Shown one piece after another: positions 11,638 to 23,041 of a stretch of DNA of 64,000 nt. The notes below the pieces were generated by a model. It was not told the DNA's origin. It saw only the letters and a program-made list of their open reading frames with translations, and made no database searches. Every line of letters starts with the position of its first letter. Position 1 is the stretch's first letter. Made by a program: the position numbers and the translations under genes. This DNA is from Malacoraja senta (taxonomy: Eukaryota): NCBI GenBank assembly GCA_038087875.1, contig CM076002.1, positions 558,001 to 622,000 on the forward strand. Direction: 5' to 3'.

Positions 11638-13917
11638 GTGCGTGGCCCCTTGGGCAAGAGTGACCATAATATGGTTGAGTTCTTCATTAGGATGGAGAGT
11701 GACATAGTTAATTCAGAATCAAGGGTTCTGAACTTAAATAAAGGTAACTTTGAGGGTATGAGACGTGAATTGGCCAAGATAGACTGGCAATTGATTCTTA
11801 AAGGGTTAACGGTGGATATGCAATGGAAGGCATTTAAAGACCTCATGGATGAACTACAACAATTGTTCATCCCAGTTTGGCAAAATAATAAATCAGGGAA
11901 GGTAGTGCATCTGTAGATAACAATGGAAACCAGGGATAGTATCAAAACAAGCATACAAATTAGCGAGAAAAATCAGCCTACCAGAGGACTGGGAGAAATT
12001 CAGAGTCCAGCAGAGGAGGACAAAGGGCTTAATAAGGAAAGGGAAAATAGATTATGAAAGAAAACTGGCAGGGAACATAAAAACTGACTGCAAAAGCTGT
12101 TATAGATATGTGAAGAGAAAAAGATTAGTTAAAACAAATGTAGGTCCCTTGCAGTCAGAAACGGGCGAATTGATCATGGGGAACAAGGACATGGCAGACC
12201 AATTGAATAACTACTTTGGTTCTGTCTTCACTAAGTAAGACATAAATAATTTGCCGGAAATAGCAGGGGACCGTGGGTCAAATGAGATGGAGGAGCTGAG
12301 TGAAATCCAGGTTAGTCGTGAAGTGGTGTTAAGTAAATTGAATGGATTAAAGGCCGATAAATCCCCAGGGCCAGATAGGCTGCATTCCAGAGTGCTTAAG
12401 GAAGTAGCTCCAGAAATAGTGGATGCATTAGTGATAATTTTTCAAAACTTTAGATTCTAGAGTAGTTCCTGAGGATTGGATGGTAGCTAATGTAACCCCA
12501 CTTTTTAAAAAGGGAGGGAGAGAGAAAACGGTGAATTACAGACCAGTTAGTCTAACGTCAGTAGTGGGGAAAATGCTAGAGTCAGTTATTAAAGATGGGA
12601 TAGCAGCACATTTGGAAAGTGGTGAAATCATTGGACAAATTCAGCATGGATTTATGAAAGGTAAATCATGTCAGGAGAATCTTATAGAATTTTTCGAGGA
12701 TGTAACTGGTAGAGTGGATAAGGGAGAACCAGTGGATGTGTTATATCTGGACTTTCAGAAGGCTTTCGACAAGGTCCCACATAAGAGATTAGTATGCAAA
12801 CTTAAAGCACATGGTATTGGGCGTTCAGTATTGATGTGGATAGAGAACTGGCTGTCAGACAGGAAGCAAAGAGTAGGAGTAAACGGGTCCTTTTCAGAAT
12901 GGCAGGCAATGACTAGTAGGGTACCGCAAGGCTCAGTGCTGGGAGACCAGCTATTTACAATATATATTAGTGATTTGGATGAAGGAATTGAATGCAACAT
13001 CTCCAGGTTTGCAGATGACACGAAGCTGGGGGGCAGTGTTAGCTGTGAGGAGGATGCTAGGAGGCTGCAAGGTGACTTGGATAGGTTGGGTGAGTGGGCA
13101 AATGCATGGCAGATGCAGTATAATGTGGATAAATGTGAGGTTATCCACTTTGGTGGCAAGAACAGGAAAGTAGACTATTATCTGAATGGTGGCCAATTAG
13201 GTAAAGGGGAGATGCAACGAGACCTGGGTGTCATGGTACACCAGTCATTGAATGTAGGCATGCAGGTGCAGCAGGCAGTGAAGAAAGCGAATGCTATGTT
13301 AGCATTCATAGCAAAAGGATTTGAGTGTAGGAGCAGGGAGGTTCTACTGCAGTTGTACAGGACCTTGGTGAGACCACACCTGGAGTATTGCATACAGTTT
13401 TGGTCTCCTATTCTGAGGAAATACAGAGAAGGTTCACCAGACTGATTCCTGGGATGGCAGGACTTTCATATGAAGAAAAACTGGACAGACTTGTACTCGC
13501 TAGAATTTGAACAATTGAAGGGGGATCTTATAGAAACGTACAAAATTCTTAAGGGGTTAGACAGGCTAGATGCAGGAAGATTGTTCCCGATGTTGGGGAA
13601 GTCCAGAACAAGGGGTCACAGTTTGAGGATAAGGGGGAAGTCTTTTCGGACCGAGATGAGAATATTTTTTTCACACAGAGAGTGGTGAATCTGTGGAAAT
13701 TTCTGTCAGAGAAAGTAATTTAGGACAGTTCATTGGCTATATTTAAGAGGGAGTTAGATGTGGCCCTTGTGGCTAAAGGGATCAGGGGGTATGGAGAGAA
13801 GGCAGGAACAGGATACTGAGATGGTTGATCAGCCATGATCATATTGAATGGCAGTGCAGGCTCGAAGGGCTGAATGGCCTACTGCTGCACCTATTTTCTA
13901 TGTTTCTATGTTTCTAT
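11636..13917 (+). mobile_element. CR1 copy (related, slightly older subfamily) with stops and frameshifts
   Basis: ORFs 11605-11916, 12251-12460, 12480-13445 and 13470-13688; (CTATGTTT)n tail. Confidence 0.93.
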
Positions 13918-14898
13918 TTTTGTTCCACTGTCATCCCTGCTAGTGTATATTTCCAGTCCACTTTGGCCAGCTCCTCCCTCATGGCCCCATAGTCCCCTTT
14001 ATTCAACTGTAACACTGACCCCTCCAATCTACCCTTCTCCCTCTCCAATTGTATATATTATGGTCACTACCTCCTAATGGCTCATTTAGCTCAAGTTCCT
14101 TTATCAAATCCGGTTCATTACATGACACTAAATCCAGAATTGACTTCTCCCTGGTAGGCTCCAATACAAGCTGCTCTAAGAATCCATTACGAAGGCACTC
14201 TACAAAGTCCCTTTCTTGGGGTCCAGTGCCAACCTGATTTTCCCAGCCTACCTGCATGTTGAAATCTCCCATAACAACCACAGCATTACCTTTGCTACAT
14301 GCCAATTTTAACTCCTGATTCAATTTGCACCCTATGTCCAGGCTACTGTTTGGGGGCCTGCAGACAAGTCCCACTAGGGTATTTTTACCCTTACAATTCC
14401 TTAGTTCTATCCATACTGACTCCACATCTCCCATTTCAATGTCACCCCTTGCAAGGGACTGAATTTCATTTCTTACCAACAGAGCTACCACACCCCCCTC
14501 TGCCCACCTGTCTGTCTTTTCGATAGGAGGTGTACGCTTGAATATTCATTTCCCAGCCCTGGTCCTCTTGCAGCCATGTCTCTGTAATTCTCCCAACATC
14601 ATACTTGCCAATATCTAACTGAGCCTCAAGCATTCATAAACAACGCTTTGACCTCCGTATTCATGTCCCCCCTCGCACCGCTCACAATTGGCCCTGACCT
14701 TGCTCTGTTGTCCATTCTTGAGCTTTCCTTCCCATTAATTCTAGAATCTTTTGTAATTTTTCTTGTAGTCACTTCCCCTTCAATTCCATCTTTATACTCC
14801 CAATTTGTCAATCCCTCCCCCCCCCACTATTTAGTTTCAACCCACACGTGTAGCCCTAGCAAACCTGCCTGCCAGAATGTCGGTCCCCCTCCAGTTAA

Positions 14899-16672
14899 GA
14901 ATAGAATAGAATAGAAACTTTATTTGCCACACGACCAGGGTTGGTGGTAATTGGGTTCGGTACATGATGGTACACTGCTTTAGCACATTAACACTAATAA
15001 CAACACAGATCATAATAATAAAGCACATCACAAATCACAAATCTCACCAACAATACATAGTGCAAAAGAACAGACAAAAACCATAGACAAGACACTGTAT
15101 ACATCAAAGTCAAAAAGTTATTGGAGGGAATTAAGTGTTCTTATTGCCGAGGGGAAGAAACTGTTTTTAAAGCGGGTGGATTTTGTAGCAAGTGACCTAA
15201 GGCGCCTCCCTGAAGGGAGAGACTGGAAAAGGTGGTTTGCTGGATGGGAGGGGTCCGAGATGATCTTTGTTGCCCGTTTTGAGGTACGTTGGAGGTAAAT
15301 GGAATGGATTGAGGGGAGGGGAGAGTTGATGATCCTAGAGGCCTTGGAGACAATGCGCTGTATTCTGTGTAGTGAGTGACTGTCAGTGTTTCCGTACCAG
15401 ACTGTGATTGAGGAGGTGATGATGCTTTCAATGATGGATTGATAGAAGCGTACCAGGAGGTGTTTGTGGACTCTGAACTTCTTGAGCTGTCTGAGGAAGT
15501 ATAGGCGTTGTTGTCCTTTCTTAATGATGTGGTCAGCATTGATGTGCCATTTTAGATTATTGCAGATATAGGTGCCCAGAAACTTAAATAAGTTCGTGGA
15601 GGTTATGGGATGGGAGTTGACATGGACCGGGGGTTTGAGGTTTTGTTTGCGTCTGAAATCTATGATGGTTTCTAAGGTTTTTGAGGTGTTAAGCTGGAGG
15701 TTGTTTTCTGCGCACCATTTGACTGCGCTGTCCACTGTGTGATGGTATTGTGATTTGTTGTTGTCTGAGATGAGGCCAATTTTTGTCGTGTCGTCTGCAT
15801 ATTTGAAAATTTTAACTGAGCTGCATTGGGATGTGAGGTTGTTGGTGTAAAGTGTGAAGAGCTGAGGTGACAGAACGCACCCTTGAGGGGCTCCTGTATT
15901 GATAGTCAGAGGGCTGGAGAGTTTTTCACCCACCTTGACTCTTTGTTGTCTGTTTGTCAGAAAATGTAAAATCCAATGGCACATGGCTAGGTGAATGCCC
16001 ATATAACCATATAACCATATAACCATAACAGCACGGAAACAGGCCATCTCGGCCCTTCAAGTCCGTGCCGAACATTTTTTTTAATTTTTTTAAAAATTAA
16101 AAATAAATACTTCCCCCTAGTCCCATCTACCTGCACTCAGACCATAACCCTCCATTCCTTTCCCGTCCATATACCCATCCAATCTATTTTTAAAGGATAA
16201 CATCGAACCTGCCTCCACCACTTCCACTGGAAGCTCATTCCACACAGCTACCACTCTCTGAGTAAAGAAGTTCCCCCTAATGTTCCCCCTAAACTTCTGT
16301 CCCTTAATTCTCAAGTCATGTCCCCTTGTTTGAATCTTCCCTACTCTCAATGGGAAAAGCTTATCCACGTCCACTCTGTCTAACCCGCTCATAATTTTAA
16401 AGACCTCTATCGTCCCCTCTTAACCTTCTGCGCTCCAAAGAATAAAGACCTAACTTGTTCAACCTTTCTCTGTAACTTAGTTGCTGAAACCCAGGCAACA
16501 TTCTAGTAAATCTCCTCTGTACTCTCTCTATTTTGTTGACATGTCCAACAGTTTATTGTCCAACAGTTTATTGTAGAGTTTAATTGGGTGTATAGTATTA
16601 AAGGCCGAGCTAAAATCTATAAACAGGATGCGTGCATAAGTGTTCGGTGATTCCAAATGATGTAGGGAGTAG
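14899..16672 (-). mobile_element. Rex1/Babar-type LINE, 5'-truncated, RT + C-terminal domain
   Basis: [47 protein letters not shown] motifs; (TATTC)n tail at about 14899-14915. Confidence 0.85.
15999..16542 (-). mobile_element. Short CR1 3' fragment nested in the Rex1/Babar element
   Basis: ORF 16117-16392 is identical in protein to the end of ORF 18646-19278; (GTTATATG)n tail. Confidence 0.9.
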
Positions 16673-18657
16673 AGGTGTAACCCGTCCCTTTTGTACAGGT
16701 CACCCCTACCCCAGAAGAGATCCCAGTGGTCTATAAATCTAAATTTTACTTCGGATTCCACGAAGAAGTCCCGCTAGAGCGCATGCACGTCATTACGTCT
16801 GACGCATTGGCGCACGGACCAGCGGGAGGACAGAGCTCCTCCTGTGGTAAGTAGTTTTAAAGTAATTTTTAAAAACTCCAGCTGTGGGAAAACTTAGCTG
16901 GAGTAAGAAGTTGTTTACTGTGGTGCCATGCTCTGTGGGTTTTTTCCAGGAAGCACCATGGTGAAGACGACCAGGGGGAGGGGAGTCGCAGGTAAGCAAA
17001 GGAGAGCCGCGGGAGTGCGGTCTGTGAGCGGCTGCCTCGTACCCCTGCACAGTCGCCGGGCGGGAGCGGAGCGACTGCAGATTTAGTGCTACAAAGCACA
17101 GAGCCAATGCCAGTCGGGCGTAAGGCCAACGGAAAAGTCAGCGAGGCCCTCAGACAACTGAGTCGGGCCGCGACGAATCCCGTATGGGGCTGGATACCGT
17201 TTTTAAACGGTTATCCCAAATGGAGCACCTCATACAGAGGTTGCTCCAGCAACGCACACTCCGGGGGGAGGAGTCGTGTGGGCGGCAGGCTGCTGAAGAG
17301 GCCGCGCCAGCAGCACCTGGTAGACGGCTGCTTGATAGCACCCTCATTGGAGAGGTGAGTGCAGAGGGTCAGCTGAGTTCTGACCCCAACTCTGACGGTG
17401 ACTTCGATCCTAGCGAAGTTGCCGTTGTCAGAGGTCCCATCTCTGGCAGCACGATTTGCTGTCCCGTCAGAGTCTGGAGAACCACTGGGAGATGAGCTGG
17501 CCTCCACGATATAGAGGCTGCTTGATAGCACCCTCATTGAAAAGGCGACTGCAGAGGGTCAGCTGAGTTCTGACACCAACTCTGACGGTGAGTTCGAGCC
17601 TAGCGAAGACGGCCGTTGTCAGAGGTCTTATCTCTGGCAGCACGATTCGCTGTCCCGTCAGAGTCTGGAACCGCCAAGAAACAGGAGACCCGGGGAACTG
17701 CGTGTTGCAGAAGGTGCCAGCAGTGAACCGGGTGATATGCAGCCAGATAGGCGTGGGCAGGAGTGCCCAGGAGATGAAGCTGCAGAGAATCCTGAAACTA
17801 CTTGGCTCAGGAATCACGGCGTTCGCTAGAACGGTGGATGGAGGGCATGTGTGGGAGACGCAGCAAGAGGTACTAGGGTTGCTTTGTAGCGCCCATTTTG
17901 AGATAAATTGTCTCAGGGAAAGTGCCATTCGGCCCACCATTAATCCCAAGTTTGCAGCACTCTGTCAGCCCAGCAACATACAGCCGGCCAACCTACTCTT
18001 CGGAGAGGACCTCGCCAAGCGTGTCAAGAACATGGATGACGAGGCAAAGATGGTGGGCTTGATCAAGCCACCGGCGGTCGACAAGTTTCCAAAAAAGAAA
18101 GTACCCCTACAAACGAGGAACAGATTGGTCTGGACCAGGAACAAGTCAGCCGGCAATGCAGATGCGCAGGTGGCATTCTGCAGCGGGAACACGGTCAAAC
18201 GTGGGGCTTCCTGCCAGGGGCCGGGGACAACGGAATCCACCAGGTACCAAGGAGGTAGGTGGGTCTGGTTCTCAGGTGCACATATCAAATGTGACACAAC
18301 TAAAATCTGGGGGTACATTACATCTGTTCCGGGATGAATGGAAGCAAATTATCTCAGATCTGTTTATACTGGGTGTTATTCAAGGGTTTCGATTGGAGTT
18401 CAAACCAAATTGTGATTTTCACATTCAGCATGTTCCTGGGAGAACTTTTCACTTTGCATTAACATAACAGATGAAAGTTCAGTTTGCGCTTGAAAGCTTA
18501 TGTGATAAAGGTGTAATTGGAAAGTCGGTTCAATTTGTGTCTAATATTTTTTTCCAGGCCAAAAATGAATGGGGGATGCAGTATAGACATTTTAAGATGG
18601 AAACATTTGTCACTGCCAAACAACTGGGTCCAGAGGATGCTATAGTTGCATAGTTGC

Positions 18658-19425
18658 ATAACTGTGCATAGTTCCCTGAAGGTGGAATCTCATGTAGATA
18701 GGGTGGTAAAGAAAGCTTTTGGTGTGCTGGCCTTTATAAATCAGAGCATTGAATATAGAAGTTGGGATGTAATGTTAAAATTGTACAAGGCATTGGTGAG
18801 GCCAATTCTGGAGTATGGAGTACAATTTTGGTCGTCTAATTATAGGAAGGATGTCAACAAAATAGAGAGAGTACAGAGGAGATTTACTAGAATGTTGCCT
18901 GGGTTTCAGCAACTAAGTTACAGAGAAAGGTTGAACAAGTTAGGTCTTTATTCTTTGGAGCGCAGAAGGTTAAGAGGGGACTTGATAGAGGTCTTTAAAA
19001 TTATGAGCGGGTTAGACAGGGTGGACGTGGATAAGCTTTTCCCATTGAGAGTAGGGAAGATTCAAACAAGGGGACATGACTTGAGAATTAAGGGACAGAA
19101 GTTTAGGGGGAACATTAGGGGGAACTTCTTTACTCAGAGAGTGGTAGCTGTGTGGAATGAGCTTCCAGTGGAAGTGGTGGAGGCAGGTTCGATGTTATCC
19201 TTTAAAAATAGATTGGATGGGTATATGGACGGGAAAGGAATGGAGGGTTATGGTCTGAGTGCAGGTAGATGGGACTAGGGGGAAGTATTTTATTTTTAAT
19301 TTAAAAAATAAAAAAATAAAAAAAAATAAAAAAAAATTAAATGTTCGGCACGGACTTGAAGGGCCGAGATGGCCTGTTTCCGTGCTGTTATGGTTATATG
19401 GTTATATGGTTATATGGTTATATGG
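18658..19425 (+). mobile_element. 5'-truncated CR1 inserted in the RT of DIRS copy 1
   Basis: ORF 18646-19278 (CR1 ORF2 C-terminus); (GTTATATG)n tail; DIRS RT sequence resumes at 19426. Confidence 0.92.
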
Positions 19426-21013
19426 CAACTATAGAGCTTAAAGATGCATATTACTCAGTGTCTCTTCATTTGCAGGATAGAAGATATTTGAAATTCACCT
19501 GGATGGATCAACGATGGCACAAAATTGTTAAAACCTCTACTAGGCATGCTGAGAGGCCAGGGTCGTGTGCTCATAGCTTATCTCGATGATATCTTGATTA
19601 CAGGGGTATCCAAGAGAACAGCTGAAATAACCGTTGGTAGTTGTTAAATCCACTATTCAAAGATTGGGCATTATTCATCCAGAGAAATCTAAATTAACAC
19701 CTGACTATTTGGGTCACAATTGATTCAATTAACATGGTAGTGACTCTGCCCAGGGAGAAAGGGTAGAGCTAATTGACAGCTGTATCAAGCTAATGGAGGC
19801 ACTAAGGATACATTCGGGTCATTATAATAGACCATGCAGTTATCAGCAGAGGTTGTTTCTGATTTGCAATGGTGGTTTTAGCATGTGCCCAGGAGTTCGA
19901 GCAAAGTAGTGCTTGAGCAGCCTTCCATGATTTTGCAGATGAATGTCAGTGCACTCGGGTGGGGTGCCATGGATACGAGCTTCAGCTGTGGATGTTTTAG
20001 AGTTCCTGTCGACACTCTACTATGATGAGGGGCTCAGTTATAGCGACATTAATACAGCTTTAAGTGCTTTGTCGTCGTATATTTTGATGGGGTCAGGAAA
20101 AGATCCTATTGGTTTTTCATCCTCATAGCTCGATTGATGAAAGGAATTTCAACTCTAAACCTCCTAAACCCAGGTGTATGGCGATCTGGGATGTAAGTGT
20201 GGTCCTCAAGATGCTTCGACAGTGGGTTCCTGTCACGTCTCTGAATTGGCCAAACTCACCATGAAGGTGGTCATGCTCATGGCATTGGTTCAGCATAGTG
20301 AGTGCTGATTTTGCAAAAGCTTCAGCTAGACAGGATGGAAGTGGCTGAAGAGAATGTTATGTTATATATTTACGACCTGCTCAAACAGAGCAGGCCAGGT
20401 GTCACAGGTTTTAAAATTGTGTTTTCAGCATAACCTACTGATCCATGTTTATGTGTAAGGACACATTTATTTCATTATATTGAAGCTACAAGGACCTTAA
20501 GAAATGTGGAAACAGGATTGTTTATCAGTTACAAGAAACCACACAAGAGAGTGTCAGTACAGACTATCTCAAGGTGGTTAAAGCAAGTGTTGATTCAGGC
20601 AGGTATTAACACTTAAGTGTATACATCTCATTCCACTAGTGCAGCAGCAACGTCGGAGGCTAGGGCGATCGATGTTCCCATCGACCATATTCTTACAGGC
20701 GGCGGGTGGTCAAATGAATTGTTTTTTCAACAATTTTTACCATCGGCCGATTGCCGATCGGGGGCTGTTTGCAAATTCAGTATTAAGTTCTGTTTAAGTT
20801 TCCCCTGGGATAGAGGAGTTACTGTTTGTTTTGATTATTCAAATCAATTGTTACTGCATGGTATTCAAATTTCATGTTTAACGCATTATTGATTGTTTCT
20901 CATCCGAAGTCAATCAATGCAGTGAGAAGCCGGGATTTGAATCTGCGGCATAAAATCACAGAGCTTTGAACTCTTCACGGAATCACTCACGTGACTCGGA
21001 AGTAAAATAGTTA

Positions 21014-21510
21014 AGGGCCTGTCCCACGGGCATGCGACTCCATGCGGCAAGCGCGACCTAACCGCAAGCGGGGGCCATGCGGGGGTCGCGGGGCCGGTCC
21101 CACTTCGATCGCCGGAGCTGTATGGAGTTGTGCGGAGCTGGTCCCGACATCGCGCGGGGCTCCGAAAAACTGACACTGTTCAAAAATTCCGTGCGGCAAC
21201 GGCCTGCCGCCCCGCACCCGCATCGAGGCCGTGCGCACCGCATCGACGGCCGTGCGCGCCGCATCGACGGCCGTGTGCACCGCCTCGACGCCGGACGCAG
21301 CCGCCTCGAGGCGGTGTGCACCGCCTCGCCGCCGTACGCACCGTCTTGACGTCACTCAACTTCCGCGCAGCCCCCGCTCCCGATTTGGTAGCGCTTGCTG
21401 CATGCTGGTGGGACCGGCCCTGTACGGGGATCACTCGACCTCCGCGCGGCCCCCGCTTGCGGTTAGGTCGCGCTTGCCGCATGGAGTCGCATGCCCGTGG
21501 GACAGGCCCT
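21014..21510. mobile_element. GC-rich MITE, probably PIF/Harbinger-derived
   Basis: 63-bp perfect terminal inverted repeats (AGGGCCTGTCCCACGGGC..., 21014-21076 / 21448-21510), flanked by TTA and TAA; internal ~21-bp tandem repeats. Confidence 0.85.
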
Positions 21511-22029
21511 TAAGATTAAATGAGAACTTACCAGTTTGAAGTTTGATCTTTATTTTATGAGGAGTTACGTTGGTGATTACGTGCCCACCACGCCCAACCC
21601 TCTCTCTCATAAAGGTCATATGGTAGTTCTCATGTTGCTGATCTTACTATGTTACTTCAAATATTCTGTTATCTGTGATTTCATACCGCTGCTTTGAAGA
21701 TTGACGCGCATGCGCTCTGGCGGGACTTCTTCACGTAATCACCAACGTAACTCCTCATAAAATAAAGATCAAACTTCAAACTGGTAAGTTCTCATTTAAT
21801 CTTACTATCCTTGCTCCCTGCACCAGGCTCTCAGCCACACATTCAGATCCCCTATCTCCCTGTTCCTGTCCTCACTAGCACGAGGTACTGGAAGCAATCC
21901 AGAGATAACCACCCTAGAAGTCCTGCCTTTCAGTCTTCTTCCCAACTCTCTGAACTCATGTTGGAGAACCTCCTTCCTCTTCTTTCCAATGTCATTTGTG
22001 CCGAGGTGTACAACTACTGCCGGCTGTTC

Positions 22030-23020
22030 AATGATTCTTGATCGATTGGCCAGGTGGGCGGCGGAATGGTTGATGGAATTTAATACAGAGCAGTGCGAGG
22101 TGTTGCATTTTTCGATGTTAAACAAGGGCAGAATCAACACAGTAAATGGTAGGCCTCTGGGTAATGTTGTGGAGCAGGGATCTAGGAGTACAAGTGCATG
22201 GTTTCTTGAAGGTCGAGTTGCAGGTAGATAAGGTGGTCAAATAGGTTTTTGAAACATTGGCCTTCATCAGAGTATTGAGTACAGAAGTTGAGAGGTCATG
22301 TTCCAGTTGTATAAGACGTTGATGAGGTGGAAAAGATTGAATAGGAATTTGAGGAGTAACTTTTTCGCACAAATGGTGGTGGATGTATGAAACAGGCTGC
22401 CAGAGGAGGTAATTGAGGCAGGGACCACCACCCTTTGTGTGAAAAGCTACCCCTCAGATTCCTATTAAATCTTTTCCCCTTCGCCTTGAACCTATGTCCT
22501 CTGGTCCTCGATTCCCCTACTCAGGGCAAGAGACTGTGCATCTACCCGATTTATTCCTCTCATGATTTTGTACACCTCTATAAGATCTCCCCTCATCCTC
22601 CTATGCTCCATGGAATAGAGGCCCAGCCTACTCAACCTCTCCCTGTAGCTCACACCCTCTAGTCCTGGCAACATCCTCGTAAATCTTTTCTGTACCCTTT
22701 CAAGCGTGACAATAGCTTTCCTATAATATGGTGCCCAGAACTCTTCACAACATTCTAAATGCGGTCTCATCAACATCTTATACAACTGCAACATGACCTC
22801 CCAACTTCTATACTCAATACTCTGATAGACTGATGAAGGCCAATGTACCAAAAGCCTATATGACCACCTTATCTACCAGCGACTTGACCTTCAAGGAACC
22901 GTGTACCTGTACTCCTAGATCCCTCTGCTCTGCAACACTACCCAGAGGCCTACCATTTATTTGTAGATCCTGCCCTTGTTCAACATCCCAAAATGCAACA
23001 CCTCTCCTAACCTGTCCATG
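22030..23020. mobile_element. Two converging old CR1 3' fragments (+ about 22030-22430, - about 22430-23020)
   Basis: CEVLHF, RPHLECCEEFWAP and RFTRMLPGL motifs in ORFs 21989-22231, 22492-22851 and 22856-23059. Confidence 0.75.
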
Positions 23021-23041
23021 TCCTTCTGTCCTGCTATTAAC

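Larger units (their letters stand above)
16744..21808 (+). mobile_element. DIRS1-type tyrosine-recombinase retrotransposon (copy 1, decayed, internally deleted)
   Basis: 5' end TTTTACTTCGG. Gag-like ORF at 17588-18337. RT remnants IELKDAYYSV and YLDD (19579-19590). YR remnant HSTSAAATS...GWS (ORF 20617-20892). ICR at about 20972-21582 (split by a MITE), complementary to both ends. Right ITR + extension at about 21702-21808. Confidence 0.9.
13918..22030 (-). mobile_element. Host CR1 (ORF1 esterase end + ORF2 endonuclease) interrupted by a Rex1/Babar LINE and a DIRS element
   Basis: Pieces 13918-14898, 16673-16743 and 21809-22030 join into the sequence seen uninterrupted in the related copy near 36800-37130 (HLGTND...REQG / [24 protein letters not shown]). 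Confidence 0.85.

Noticed and set aside
15118..16047. Host ALKBH8-like gene (DUF1891-type motif QQRLYFLRQL)
   Set aside because: The motif follows an RT domain and precedes a LINE tail; it is the C-terminus of a Rex1/Babar ORF2.
16528..16761. 77-aa ORF fusing esterase and RT motifs
   Set aside because: Chance read-through across the DIRS end, CR1 ORF1, Rex1 RT and CR1 junctions; not a gene.
20910..21619. Cluster of overlapping Arg/Ala/Pro-rich ORFs
   Set aside because: Products of a GC-rich, stop-poor palindromic MITE.
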